Source of the DNA: Anaeramoeba ignava BMAN
Lineage: Eukaryota > Protista > Anaeramoebae
Direction of reading: 5' to 3'
Assembly: GCA_028826165.1 (NCBI GenBank)
Contig: JAPDFW010000033.1
Location: forward strand, 434,001-498,000
DNA: 64,000 bases
The notes beneath the pieces are model-generated. The model was not told the origin of the DNA. It was given only the letters and a program-made list of their open reading frames with translations, and made no database searches. Both the position numbers and the translations under genes were made by a program. This document shows positions 13,121 through 27,237 of this stretch, in pieces. Every line of letters begins with the position of its first letter. Position 1 is the stretch's first letter.

Positions 13121-14766
13121 TTAAATCAAATTTTGATGTTTTTTTTGATGCTTCTTTTTAAGTTCATCTTTCTTTTTAGATTCTTCTTTCCTTTTAATAT
13201 CTTGTCTTCTTTTGAACTCTTGAGTTTCTTTTGCAACAGCTTTAATAATTTTTTCTTGTTCAATTTGAGGCAATCCTTCGATAATTTTAATTTCATTTAC
13301 AAAAGGTAAAAGTCTTGCACGTAAAATTTTTTCATCAGCAAAACCAAAAGAATCCAAATACATTCTAGCACGATCATCACCAAGATCGTCAAGAAACAAA
13401 ATACTCTTCTCGAATTGCGAAGAATCAATCTCAAATCGCCAGTTGATTCGCGAACGTTGTTTGTGAATTTCGGGAAAATTGATCATGTTTGCTTGTTCAA
13501 GAAAAAAAGTATTTCGCAAAAATTCTTGACGAGTTAATTTCGACACAAACGGTGATTGATTTAATGTATTTTCATGAGAAACAAGAGAATCTTTTTTAAG
13601 ATCTGTCCAAAAATTAATTAATTCTCTTTTATTTTGATTTTGATTTTGATTTTGATTTTGATTTTGATTTTGATTTTGATTTGATTTTCAATTTGATTTT
13701 GATTTTCGTTTTCATTTAATTTTGAGCCGTTTTTTCCTTGTCGTGGTCGTTTATCTCCTACAATTGCATTGCTTTTGTTCCAAAAACTCTCCCAATCGTG
13801 TCCTTCTCTTTTGTGTGATTTTCTTCTTATTCTTCTTTTGTTTGTAATTGGTTCATTTTCTTTGTTTTCTGTTGATTGATTTCCAATAATCATCAATCTG
13901 TCAATTTTTTTTGTTGGTTTTATATTTGGAAATGGAAGTGTTTTCATTATCAATCTTGTTTGTAACGCTCGTTTGTTTCCTGTTTGAACAAGTCCTTGTT
14001 TTCGCAATGTTTGTTTGATCTCCTTGAATTTTGCTGATAAACACCATTTCAACCATTCTACATATTTACTGAATAAAGCTGTCAATTTTTCAACTTGATT
14101 TTCAACTTCATTTTTAATTTCATTTTCAACTTGATTTTTAATTTCATTTTTAACTTGATTTTTAACTTCATTTTTAATTTTATTTTTAATTTTATTTTTA
14201 ATTTGATTTTTAACTTCATTTTTAACTTCATTTTTAATTTTATTTTTAATTTCATTTTTAACTTCATTTTTAATTTTATTTTTAATTTCATTTTTAATTT
14301 CATTTTTAACTTCATTTTTAACTCCATTTTTAATTTTATTTCCGTTATTAATTTTTACAACTTCATTTTCATCAAAATTTAACAATTCTTTTTCACTATT
14401 AATTTTTTCAAATCGTTTTTCTTTTATTTCTTTTATTCCTTTTATTCCCCATTTTTTATATTCTTTTTTCAATATTTTTGGGTTTTCTTCTAAATGATCT
14501 AAACAAACTTTAAGAAATGAAAAATCAAATGCTACATTTTTTTCATTTTTCTTTTCAAAAGGAATTCCAAGCAATTTATTGAATTCTTCAATTTTATTTT
14601 TTTCTGCGTTTTTAATCCAAGACGAACCAATTGCACTTATCATTTGAAATTGTGTTGATTCGTCTGCCTAAATAATATTAAATTTTTTTGCATAAATTTT
14701 CTTTGTATTAATAAAAAGAAGAAAAAAATTTGTTTAACTTTAATAAAAAAAAGGGATAAATACCAT
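13121..14766 (-). CDS. SAP-domain protein; first coding exon is the ATG alone (14766-14764); frameshift in NQ run near 13680
   Basis: KFKEIKQTLRKQGLVQTGNKRALQTRLI fits the SAP consensus. ATG|gtattt...tttag|GCA GAC GAA joins in frame. ORFs 14643-13618 and 13546-13121 join through QNKRELINFWTDLKKD after a 1-nt shift. Confidence 0.72.
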
Positions 14767-14914
14767 TAAAATTAATTTTGAAAAAAAAAGTAAAGAAAAA
14801 AAATGTTTTTTTTTTTTAAAAATTTAATTTTTTAACGTTTAAATAAATCATAAAAAGAAAAATAAAAATGAAAAATAAAATGAAAATAATTCCCTTTTTT
14901 TTTTAATTTTACTT

Positions 14915-17900
14915 TTATACTTTTTTATCAATTTCATTAAGTAATAAAACTATTTGGATTTTGTTTAAAATTTTTTTAGGGAATTGAAGAGTTTCCCAAT
15001 TTGGAATTTTTATTTTTGTAAAATCCACTTTCAATTCCATTTTTTGTGATTTTAAAAAAATATTTGAATTAGAATTAATTTGATTTGATAAAACTTTTTT
15101 TAAATTTTGAAGAAATGAATTATCAATATTTGTATCATCAAACCTAATTTTAATTTTAAATTTCAAAATGAATATGAATTTTAATTTTAAATTTTAAAAT
15201 CAATATTAATTTTAATTTTAAAATCAATTTTAATTTTAATTTTAAAATGAATTTTAATTTTAATTTTAAAATGAATTTTAATTTTAATTTTAATTTTAAT
15301 TTTAAATTTCAAAATGAATTTCAATTTTAATTTTAAATTTCAAAATGAATTTTAAAATTAATTTACTCATCTCTTTGATAATTTTCATATAAATAATATA
15401 TTTGTTGTATTGTTAAATCAGGACAAATAAGTTCATTTTTTAAAAGATTAAATTCAGGATCTAAAAGCATAGATTTATTAATTAAAAAACAATTTTGGAT
15501 CTGTTTTAGTAAACTTAATTTTTGACTTAAATTATAAAAACAAATTAAAACAAACAAATTAGTAAAGAAAGAAAGAAAGAAAGATAAGAATTTTTTTTTG
15601 GTTTAAAAATGAAAAAAAATACTTTAAATGGGAATAACCAACAGTTTCGTTCCATTTCTCAATTAAAGATAACGCAAACTTCATTTCTAATGCTACTGAT
15701 GATTTGCATAACTCTTTGTGATGAAATACAAAATTTGCTACTGTTGATTTGATAAATTCCATTAAATAACTAAATATTTGATCAACGAAATATTTTGGAA
15801 GAAAATTGTTTTGTGACAACTTCAAATACTTATTCAAACACCCAGTCATTCTTGTTGGAGAAGTATAATTGTCTGAAAGCATATGTCTCTTTGAGTATGC
15901 TAAGGGTGTGTTTTTTCCAAAAAATACTTCCTTTATAATAGGTTCAAATTCACTTTTTATTTGCTTAAGAATATCCTTAACTAAAATTGATGTCAAACGT
16001 TCTACTTGGATTCTAAACTTGATAAATATACTTTCTTCATTTTCTGAAATATCTTGATTGTCATTACTGTTTTCAGTATCTGTTATGTTATCGTTGCTTT
16101 TTTCCAATATTTCAAATTGAATATTTTCTATATTTTTATTTGAGTGCAAAAATCCTAAATTAAGAACTGAAGATTCCATTAATAAAATATTTGATAAAAC
16201 CCAAAACAAATCATTTAGTGAAGATTTTCTATTTTGAATGTGACTTTGTGTTGTTTGCACAAATAAATCCAAGAAACTTTCTGTGTAATTTGACATGAAA
16301 ATATTTTTTGATGAAAAAAATTGATAAATCACACAAGAAGCAATTGGCCACATATTAATATATCGAGGTTCTGTAATATTTAATAATCCTTCAATAAGCC
16401 ATTTTGCTTGATCATAGATCATTTCCATATTATTTTTTTGATCTTCTTTGTGGTATTCATTATTCATATTCTCAAATGATATATCATTTTCATCTTGTGA
16501 ATTTGCCATTAAGTTTTGTTGAAATTGTTGTAAAAGTTCTTCTTTTTCGTTTTTTTCGCTCTCATATTCTTGATCTTTTTCCTTTAATCTCTCTTTTTCT
16601 TTTGTTAACTCTTCTTTAAGTGATAAGATTTCTTGTTTGAGATTTTTGTTTTCTTCTTCAAGATCTTTGATTATTTTTTTTAGTCTTTCAATTTCCGCAT
16701 CTTTCTCTTTGATAATTTGCTTTAATTTATTAATTTCGTTGTCTTTATTTTCTTTATCTTGATTTAATTTATTAATATTTTCTTCTTTTTTATTTATTGT
16801 TTCATTTAATTTATTAATTTCTTTATCTTTATTTTCTTTATCTTGATTTAATTTATTAATATTTTCTTCTTTTTCATTTATTGTTTCATTTAATTTATTA
16901 ATTTCTTTATCTTTATTTTCTTTATCTTGATTTAATTTATTAATATTTTCTTCTTTTTCATTAATTGTTTCATTTAATTTATTAATTTGATTTTTTTGTT
17001 CTTCTTTATCTTGATTTAATTTATTAATATTTTCTTCTTTTTCATTTATTGTTTCATTTAATTTATTAATTTGATTTTTTTGATCTTCTTTATCTTGATT
17101 TAATTTATTAATGTTTTCTTCTTTTTCATTTATTGTTTCATTTAATTTATTAATTTCTTTATCTTTATATTCTTTATCTTGATTTAATTTATTAATATTT
17201 TCTTCTTTTTCATTTATTGTTTCATTTAATTTATTAATTTCTTTATCTTTATTTTCTTTATCTTGATTTAATTTATTAATATTTTCTTCTTTTTCATTAA
17301 TTGTTTCATTTAATTTATTAATTTGATTTTTTTGTTCTTCTTTATCTTGATTTAATTGATTAATGTTTTCTTCTTTTTCATTAATTGTTTCATTTAATTG
17401 ATTAATTTGATTTTTTTGTTCTTCTTTATCTTGATTTAATTGATTAATATTTTCTTCTTTTTCATTTATTGTTTCATTTAATTTATTAATTTCTTTATCT
17501 TTATTTTCTTTATCTTGATTTAATTTATTAATATTTTCTTCTTTTTCATTAATTGTTTCATTTAATTTATTAATTTCTTTATCTTTATTTTCTTTATCTT
17601 GATTTAATTTATTAATATTTTCTTCTTTTTCATTTATTGTTTCATTTAATTTGATTAATTTCTTTATCTTTATTTTCTTTATCTTGATTTAATTTATTAA
17701 TGTTTTCTTCTTTTTCATTTATTGTTTCATTTAATTTATTAATTTCTTTATCTTTATTTTCTTTATCTTGATTTAATTTATTAATATTTTCTTCTTTTTC
17801 ATTTATTGTTTCATTTAATTGATTAATTTGATTTTTTTGTTTTTCTTTATCTTGATTTAATTTATTAATGTTTTCTTCTTTTTCATTTATTGTTTCGTTT

Positions 17901-20900
17901 AATTTATTAATTTCTTTATCTTTATTTTCTTTATCTTGATTTAATTTATTAATATTTTCTTCTTTTTCATTAATTGTTTCATTTAATTTATTAATTTCTT
18001 TATCTTTATTTTCTTTATCTTGATTTAATTTATTAATGTTTTCTTCTTTTTCATTTATTGTTTCGTTTAATTTATTAATTTCTTTATCTTTATTTTCTTT
18101 ATCTTGATTTAATTTATTAATATTTTCTTCTTTTTCATTTATTGTTTCATTTAATTTATTAATTTGATTTTTTTGTTCTTCTTTATCTTGATTTAATTTA
18201 TTAATATTTTCTTCTTTTTCATTTATTGTTTCATTTAATTTATTAATTTCTTTATCTTTATTTTCTTTATCTTGATTTAATTTATTAATATTTTCTTCTT
18301 TTTCATTAATTGTTTCATTTAATTTATTAATTTGATTTTTTTGTTCTTCTTTATCTTGATTTAATTTATTAATGTTTTCTTCTTTTTCATTAATTGTTTC
18401 ATTTAATTTATTAATTTCTTTATCTTTATATTCTTTATCTTGATTTAATTGATTAATATTTTCTTCTTTTTCATTAATTGTTTCATTTAATTTATTAATT
18501 TCTTTATCTTTATTTTCTTTATCTTGATTTAATTTATTAATGTTTTCTTCTTTTTCATTTATTGTTTCATTTAATTGATTAATTTCTTTATCTTTATTTT
18601 CTTTATCTTGATTTAATTTATTAATATTTTCTTCTTTTTCATTTATTGTTTCATTTAATTGATTAATTTCTTTATCTTTATCTTCTTTATCTTGATTTAA
18701 TTTATTAATATTTTCTTCTTTTTCATTTATTGTTTCGTTTAATTGATTAATTTCTTTATCTTTATTTTCTTTATCTTGATTTAATTGATTAATATTTTCT
18801 TCTTTTTCATTAATTGTTTCATTTAATTGATTAATTTCTTTATCTTTATCTTCTTTATCTTGGTTTAATTTATTAATATTTTCTTCTTTTTCATTAATTG
18901 TTTCATTTAATTTATTAATTTCTTTATCTTTATTTTCTTTATCTTGATTTAATTGATTAATATTTTCTTCTTTTTCATTAATTGTTTCATTTAATTTATT
19001 AATTTGATTTTTTTGTTCTTCTTTATCTTGATTTAATTTATTAATGTTTTCTTCTTTTTCATTAATTGTTTCATTTAATTTATTAATTTGATTTTTTTGT
19101 TCTTCTTTATCTTGATTTAATTTATTAATATTTTCTTCTTTTTCATTAACTGTTTCGTTTAATTGATTAATTTCTTTATCTTTATCTTCTTTATCTTGAT
19201 TTAATTTATTAATGTTTTCTTCTTTTTCATTAATTGTTTCATTTAATTGATTAATTTCTTTATCTTTATTTTCTTTATCTTGATTTAATTGATTAATGTT
19301 TTCTTCTTTTTCATTTATTGTTTCATTTAATTCATTAATTTGTTTATCTTTATTTTCTTTATCTTGATTTAATTTATTAATGTTTTCTTCTTTTTCATTT
19401 ATTGTTTCATTTAATTTATTAATTTCTTTATCTTTATCTTCTTTATCTTGATTTAATTTATTAATGTTTTCTTCTTTTTCATTAATTGTTTCATTTAATT
19501 TATTAATTTCTTTATCTTTATCTTCTTTATCTTGATTTAATTTATTAATATTTTCTTCTTTTTCATTAATTGTTTCATTTAATTTATTAATTTCTTTATC
19601 TTTATTTTCTTTATCTTGATTTAATTGATTAATGTTTTCTTCTTTTTCATTAATTGTTTCATTTAATTTATTAATTTCTTTATCTTTATTTTCTTTATCT
19701 TGGTTTAATTGATTAATATTTTCTTCTTTTTCATTTATTGTTTCGTTTAATTTATTAATTTGATTTTTTTGTTCTTCTTTATCTTGATTTAATTTATTAA
19801 TGTTTTCTTCTTTTTCATTTATTGTTTCATTTAATTTATTAATTTCTTTATCTTTATTTTCTTTATCTTGATTTAATTGATCAATGTTTTCTTCTTTTTC
19901 ATTAATTGTTTTGTTTAATTTATTAATTTGATTTTTTTGTTTTTTTTTATCTTGATTTAATTTTTTAATTTTTTCTTGTTTTATGGAAATATCTTTTGAT
20001 AGATTATCTTTTTCTTGTTTTAAAATTTGATTTAACTTAACTAAATCATTTTTATTTTGAGTTATAGTTTCTTTCTCTTGAATTGTTTTTTCCAACTCTA
20101 ATTCCAAATCCTGACCTTTTTTTTCGGATGTTGTAATTTGATCTTGTAATTGAAGCTGAACTTTTTTTAATTCCTCAATTGATTGATCCTTCTCAGTTAT
20201 TGAGGTTTGGAACTCATTCTTTATTTTTTGATTTTCATCCTTCAATTTTTCAATTTCCAAATTTTTTTGTTCATAAATATTGGTTAATGCTTCAATTTGT
20301 TCTTGTGATTGCAGAATCTTTTTTTGTAAATCTTCTAACTCTTTCTGCATTTTTGCTTTTGATTCTTTTAGTTCGTCATTTTCCTTATTAATTTTTGATT
20401 GCAACATTTTTTGTAATTTTAGAAGTTGTGAATTTTTTTTCTTTTCTGCTTCAAGTTCTTCCATTTGATTTTGCCTTTCTTTTTCCAAATCGGAAATTCT
20501 GGAACTATAAATTTTGTCATTCTCAATCAATTTTTTTCTTTCTTGATTTAAAGAATCAATTTTTTGATAAACTTCCTCAAATTGCTTTCGTGATCCTTCT
20601 TGAATTTGTTTCAAAGAGCTAAAATCCATTTTGATTTTTTCAAGTTCGTCTTTTTCTTTCTTTATTTGCTCTTTTATCTTTGAAAAGAAGGCTGCGTTTT
20701 TATCTTGTTCTTCTTTCAATTTGGCCTTAATCATTTGGTTTTCATTTTCGGATATTTTTTTCATCATCCGATTATGTTGCTGTTTCTTTCTTATTTTTTT
20801 TATTTCTTCTCTCCATTTATTGACTTCATCGTTGCTTTTTTTGACTTGCTCTCTTTTTTCTTTATTTTTCAATTGTGATTTTTTCAATTTCTCAACAAGT

Positions 20901-21903
20901 CTTATAAATTGTGCTTGAAGTTTCTTGACTTTTTCTGGATTTGTAGCCTTTTTGAGTTGTGTCAAATGATAATGAGAATAAAATTTTGTAAGTAAAAAAA
21001 AGTTTGAGAAGAAAATTTTGGAATTAAAATGGAAACTTACAAGTGTTTTATCAAATGCAAAAAATTCTTCGCCTAAGAAATATTTATCTTCTGGATTTCG
21101 AAAGAGATTTGACTATAATAATATTATTTGAGATAATTTAATAAAAAGAACAAAAAAATGTAAGTTAATAAGAATGACAATTTTCTCTTTCTTAAAAAAT
21201 GCAATTCAAATATACAATTGTTTGATTTTTTGATTGTTCTAGTAAACTAAGAAGATCTTCATCAAAAATATCTGAAGATTCTTCACCAGAATCGGAATAA
21301 GTTGATAAGGTATCAATAGTTTGTGATTGAGTAGAAATATCATCAAATACATCTTTTTTGATGAATGAACTAAATCTTGAAGACAATTTTGATTTTGTAT
21401 AACTTAAAGATAAAAACATTTTTGCTTGATATTTTTGATTTTTGATTTTAATCTGTAAATCGATAACTTTATTAGTATTTTTTTCTGTAATTTCGGGGAC
21501 TTCAATACTAAATTTTGCAACAGGTTGATTTTGATTTGGAAATTGTTTTGGAGTCTTTTAATTTTAATTTAATTTAATTAATAAATTTAATTAATAAATT
21601 TAATTAATAATTTTGATTTAAATTTAATTAATAATTTTGATTAATAATTTTGATTTATTTTTAATTAAAAAAAGTTACCAAAATTATAGAAGCGTTTAAT
21701 TTTACTCGCTTTTTTGAATTAAACTCTACTTCAAATTCATCATTCCAGTGAAAATCTCCAAAAAAACTAATTTCTGAATCAGATGTTTTTCCTTGATTAT
21801 TAGACAAGTTCCAATCAATTGAAGCTGTATAATCTTTAATTCCTGATAAACCTGATAATGTAAGAAAATGAAAATATAAAGTTTTTGATTGATTTTTTGT
21901 CAT
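14915..21903 (-). CDS. NT-C2 (EEIG1/EHBP1-like) + very long coiled coil + Dilute (DIL) domain protein, multi-exon, apparent frameshifts near 17648 and 16552
   Basis: The N-terminal beta-rich segment (ASIDWNL...GDFHWNDEFEVEF) resembles NT-C2. The C-terminus (FVDQIFSYLMEFI...FHHKELCKSSVALEMKFALSLIEKW...LLKQIQNCFLINK...ICPDLTIQQIYYLYENYQRDEFD) matches the myosin V/AF-6 Dilute domain. GT-AG introns splice in frame. Confidence 0.78.
16740..19980 (-). repeat. Coding 84-bp tandem repeat (28 aa, INKLNETINEKEENINKLNQDKENKDKE), ~38 copies
   Basis: Visible in both DNA and translation; 3240 bp / 84 is about 38. Confidence 0.95.
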
Positions 21904-22147
21904 TTATAAAAAAGTAAATAAGAAAAAAAATAATAATAAAATGAATTTTTAATAAGAAATAAAAAGAAAATTAATTTAAAGAAAAAAGAAAAAAATGAAT
22001 TTTGGATTTATTTTTTATTTTTTTTTTATTATTAAAGGATCTTCTTTTGAAAAAAAAAAAACGTTAAAAAAGAAGAAGAAAAAGAAAAAAAAAGCAAAAA
22101 AAAGAGGAATGAAAAAAAAATTTTTTCTTTCTTTCTTTCTCTTTCTT

Positions 22148-25100
22148 TTAATATAGAATTCTCACCCAAGAATCTGCTCCTCCTGTTGCTAAAATTTGTT
22201 TTGTTTTATGATACTGCAAACAATGTATTGCTTCATCATTTTTCTTTCTTGAACCAGCAATTTCTTGAGTACAAATTTTGCTTTCAATATTCCAAAATCT
22301 TATTGAAGAATCATGAGAAACAGTTGTAAATTGAGTATTTGTTGGTTCAATTTGGATATCAGTTACAGCATCAAGATGAGCAACCATTTCATGGATTGAT
22401 TTGTTTGATCTCCAATCAAAAAATCTCACTTTTCGATCTTCATTTCCTACAAGTATCATTTGAAGTGTTGGATGTGTTGCTATGCAATTTACTTGTGATT
22501 TTACATCTTTTGTTGGTATTTTTTCTATTTTTTCAATTTCTATTGTGCTTGTATTGTCAAATGTATTGATTATTTTCTCTGTTTCTATATCATAAATTGA
22601 GATACAAGGTGAATTATATCCAGCAATAATTTTAGTATCATCAAAACTTGGAATATTTAAACATGTTGGAATTTGATTATCTAATTTTAATTTTAATTTT
22701 AATTTTAATTTTAATTTTGATTTTAATTTTAAATTTTAATTTTAATTTTAATTTTAATTTTAATTTTAAATTTTAATTTTAATTTTAAATTTTAAATTTA
22801 ATTTTAATTTTAATTTTAAATTTTAATTTTAATTTTGATTTTAAATTTTAATTTTAAATTTTAATTTTAAATTTAATTTTAATTTTAATTTTAATTTTAA
22901 TTTTAAATTTAATTTTAATTTTAATTTTAATTTTAATTTTAATTTTAATTTTAATTTTAATTTTAATTTTAATTTTAAATTTAATTTTAATTTTAATTTT
23001 AATTTTAATTTTAATTTTAATTTTAATTTACTTTGATCATCAATATTTGGGAAAATAAAATCTGAAATTAAAGAAGATTGTTCAAGATCCCATAATTTAA
23101 TTGTTCCATCAGCAGAAGCTGAAAAAAGTATATCCTTTTGAGGATGAACTGAAAGATCCCAAATTGCATCTTCATGACCTTTTAAAAATCCAATTCTGTG
23201 ATGAATTGCTTGCCCTGTATAAATAATTTTAATTTTGGATTAATTTGATTTTGATTTTGAATTTGATTTTGATTTTGAATTTGATTTTGATTTTGATTTT
23301 TTACCAAAAGAATAATAATTATCATCACCCTCATTATAATCAACAATTTCCCAAATATTAATAATAGAATCAGCACCTGCACTATAACACATTGAACGAT
23401 CATCATCAAGAATAACCTTTAAAAACGAAAATCAAAATTTAATTTTAAATTTTAATTTTAATTTAATTTTAATTTTAATTTTAATTTTAATTTTAATTTT
23501 AATTTTAATTTTAATTTTAATTTTAAATTTTAATTTTAAATTTTAATTTTAATTTTAATTTTAATTTTAATTTTAATTTTAATTTTAATTTTAATTTTAA
23601 TTTTAATTTTAATTTTAATTTTAATTTGATTTTAATTTTAATTTTAATTTTAATTTTAATTTTAATTTTAATTTTAATTTTAATTTTAATTTTAAATTTT
23701 AATTTTAATTTTAATTTTAATTTTAATTTGAATTTTAATTTTAAATTTGAATTTCTTTCTTGAAAAGTTAGATAAGAAAAAAAAATAACTTTATAAATAG
23801 GAGCTGTATGTCCTCTATAAGTGCAAATTGGTAGATATTCTTCTTCCTGTTTTGTGTGCCTGTGTTTATGTTTATGTTTTTTTTCTTTTGAATTACTGCT
23901 TGATTTTTTATTAAATGCCCATAACTTTAAAACACCATCTTCTCCACCAGATAAAATAATTTCATCAGTAGAATGCCAAGAAATAGAACGAACTGAATCC
24001 ATATGATTTTTGAGAATTGTTTTGGGTTTCCAATTATGAATCTTTCCAGAAATTGAATAATTTCTAAACTGACTTTTTTTTTTCGGACGCTAATTTTGAA
24101 TTATAATTTTTAATTTTAAATTTTAATTTTAATTTTAATTTTAATTTTAATTTTAATTTTAAATTGAATTTTAATTTTAATTTAAATTGAATTTTATTTT
24201 AATTTTTAATTTTAATTTTAATTTTAATTTTAATTTTGAATTTTAATTTTAAATTTTAATTTTTAATTTTAATTTTAATTTTAATTTTAATTTTAATTTT
24301 AATTTTAATTTTAATTTTGATTTTTTACTGATTTTCGTGATTTTCCAATTTTTAAATCAGCTAATTGTCCTAATTCTTCTTTATTACCTTGATTTGTTTT
24401 CAAAGAACTTTTTTTTAAATTTCTATTTGGTTTTATAGAAATTTTGAATCAAATAAATAATTCAATTTTTTTTTTCTTAATTTTTAATTATTCAAAAACG
24501 AAGTTATACGATTGAGATTTTTGATTAGAATTTTCATTTGGATTTTTATATTGGAAATTGAGAATTTTTGTTGTTGAATAATTTGGATCATATAAACCAT
24601 CTGAATCACCATTATCAAAATTTTCTTGTAAAATTTCAATGAGTTTCTTTTTTCTTTGTTCTTCTTCATTTTCTAAAATTTCTCGAAGTTCTTTTTGCTT
24701 TTTTTTTGGAGTTTTTTCTTCTTGATTTTTTAAATCATCTTGAGATTCTTTTATTTCTTGTTCTCCTAATTTTCTAACACTAAAACTTTTTTCAATTTGT
24801 TTAAATTTTTCAATGATATTGGATGATTCTTGATTATCAATTTTGTTTTGATTATTGTCATGAGATTTATTAGGAGTTTCTATATGCATTTGATTTTCGT
24901 TTTTATCTTTATTTTCATCTTCAATTTCATTTTGATTTAAATTTTGATTTTGATTTAAATTTTCATTTTCATTTTCATTTTCATTTTCATTTAGATTTTC
25001 ATTTTCATTTTCATTTTCATTTTCATTTTCATTTTCATTTTCATTTTCATTTTGATTTAAATTTTCATTTTCATTTTCATTTTCATTTTCATTTTCATTT

Positions 25101-25154
25101 TCATTTTCATTTTCATTTTCATTTTCATTTTCATTTTCATTTTCATTTTCATTT

Positions 25155-25185
<31 letters not shown>

Positions 25186-27124
25186 CATCATTTAAATTTT
25201 CATTTTCATTTTCATCTTCATTTTCATTTTCATTTTCATCCAAATTATTTAACAAGAGATCTTCTTTTGGAAAAAGATCGTAAATATTTGTAATTGAATG
25301 TACTTCTCGATAAATATTATAAAAGTCAATCCCTTCATCTTTTAATTGGCTAAATTTTTATAAATAAAATTTTTTTTTAAATTTTTAAATGATTATAAAT
25401 TTTAAATTAAAACAAAAATAAAATACTTTCTGCATGTTTTTTGAGCTTGAGAAACAAAACTAACTATAAAAATATAAATAAAATTATAAATAAAATTATA
25501 AATAAAATTATAAATAAAAATATAAATAAAATTATAAATAAAATTATAAATAAAATTATAAATAAAATTATAAATAAAATTATAAATAAAATTATAAATA
25601 AAAATATAAATTAAAATATAAATAAAATATAAATTAAAATATAAATAAAATTATAAATAAAAATTATAAATTAAATTATAAATTAAATTATAAATAAAAT
25701 TATAAATTAAATTATAAATAAAATTATAAATTAAAATTATAAATAAAATTATAAATAAAATTATAAATTAAATTATAAATTAAATTATAAATAAAATTAT
25801 AAATTAAATTATAAATTAAAATTATAAATTAAATTATAAATTAAATTATAAATAAAATTATAAATAAAATTATAAATTAAAATTATAAATAAAATTATAA
25901 ATTAAAATTATAAATTAAAATTATAAATTAAAATTATAAATTAAATTATAAATTAAATTATAAATAAAATTATAAATAAAATTATAAATAAAATTATAAA
26001 TTAAAATTATAAATAAAATTATAAATAAAATTATAAATAAAATTATAAATAAAATTATAAATAAAATTATAAATAAATTAAAATTATAAATAAAATTATA
26101 AATTAAAATTATAAATAAAATTATAAATAAAATTATAAATAAAATTATAAATAAAATTATAAATAAATTATAAATAAAATTATAAATAAAATTATAAATA
26201 AAATTATAAAATAAAATTATAAATAAAATTATAAATTAAATTATAAATTAAATATAAATTAAATTATAAATAAAAATTATAAATAAAATTATAAATTAAA
26301 ATTATAAATTAAAATATAAATTAAATTATAAATTAAAATTATAAATAAAATTATAAATAAAATTATATAAATAAAATTATAAAATTAAAATTATAAATTA
26401 AAATTATAAATAAAATTATAAATAAAATTATAAATAAATTATAAATAAAATTATAAATAAAATTATAAATTAAATTATAAATAAAAATATAAATTAAATT
26501 ATAAATAAATTAAATAAAATTATAAAATTAAAATTATAAATAAAATTATAAATTAAATTATAAATTAAATTATAAATAAAATTATAAATAAAATTATAAA
26601 TAAAATTATAAATTAAATTATAAATTAAATTATAAATAAAATTATAAATTAAATTATAAATAAAAATATAAATTAAAATATAAATAAAATTATAAATAAA
26701 ATTATAAATTAAATTATAAATTAAATTATAAATTAAATTATAAATTAAAATATAAATAAAATTATAAATAAAATTTACCAGAATTTTTTGCTAAATTTGG
26801 TTTTTTAAAATAATCCTTACTAAAATTAAATTAAACAAAAAATTAAATTAAATTGTAAATAAAATTGTTTTTATTAGTTTAATTGTTTCGAATTAATTAC
26901 TTGTTTTGAGAAAAAAAAGATTCAAAAAGTACAATTCTTTGAGAAAGATGTTCTTTAGTTTCATTTAAATTTGTAATTTCTTTTTGAAGATTATTAATTC
27001 TTTTTTGAAGTTCAATTCTTTCATCATTTCGAATTTTTTCTTCTTTAGTTGATTTATGAAATTCTAAATTAAGAAGTTCAAAAACAGTTTCTAAAGAAAG
27101 ATCCAAATTTTGATTCGATTCCAT
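22148..27124 (-). CDS. STRN: Striatin (PP2A B''' / STRIPAK scaffold), about 9 exons
   Basis: N-terminal striatin coiled coil (LSLETVFELLNLEF...ERIELQKRINNLQKE...LSQRIVLFE) and ELGQLADL. WD40 start WKPKTILKNHMDSVRSISWH. C-terminus IHEMVAHLDAVT...SHDSSIRFWNIESKICTQEI...RKKNDEAIH...LATGGADS. The introns checked splice in frame. Confidence 0.92.
25465..26778. repeat. 1.3-kb intronic (ATAAATAAAATT)n satellite, essentially G/C-free
   Basis: Directly visible; fills striatin intron 2. Confidence 0.95.
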
Positions 27125-27237
27125 AAATATTTTTTTTAATAAAAGAAAAAAAAAAATGAAAAAAAAAAATGGTAAAATTTTTTAAAAGAAAGAAAAAGAA
27201 AAAATTTTTTATTATTTTTTTTTTTCAATTTCTCGAA

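Noticed and set aside
23412-23792. Direct repeat at striatin intron boundaries (AAA|GTTATT and AAG|GTTATT) suggesting intron gain by duplication
   Set aside because: A single short AT-rich match that was not repeated at the other introns; compatible with chance.
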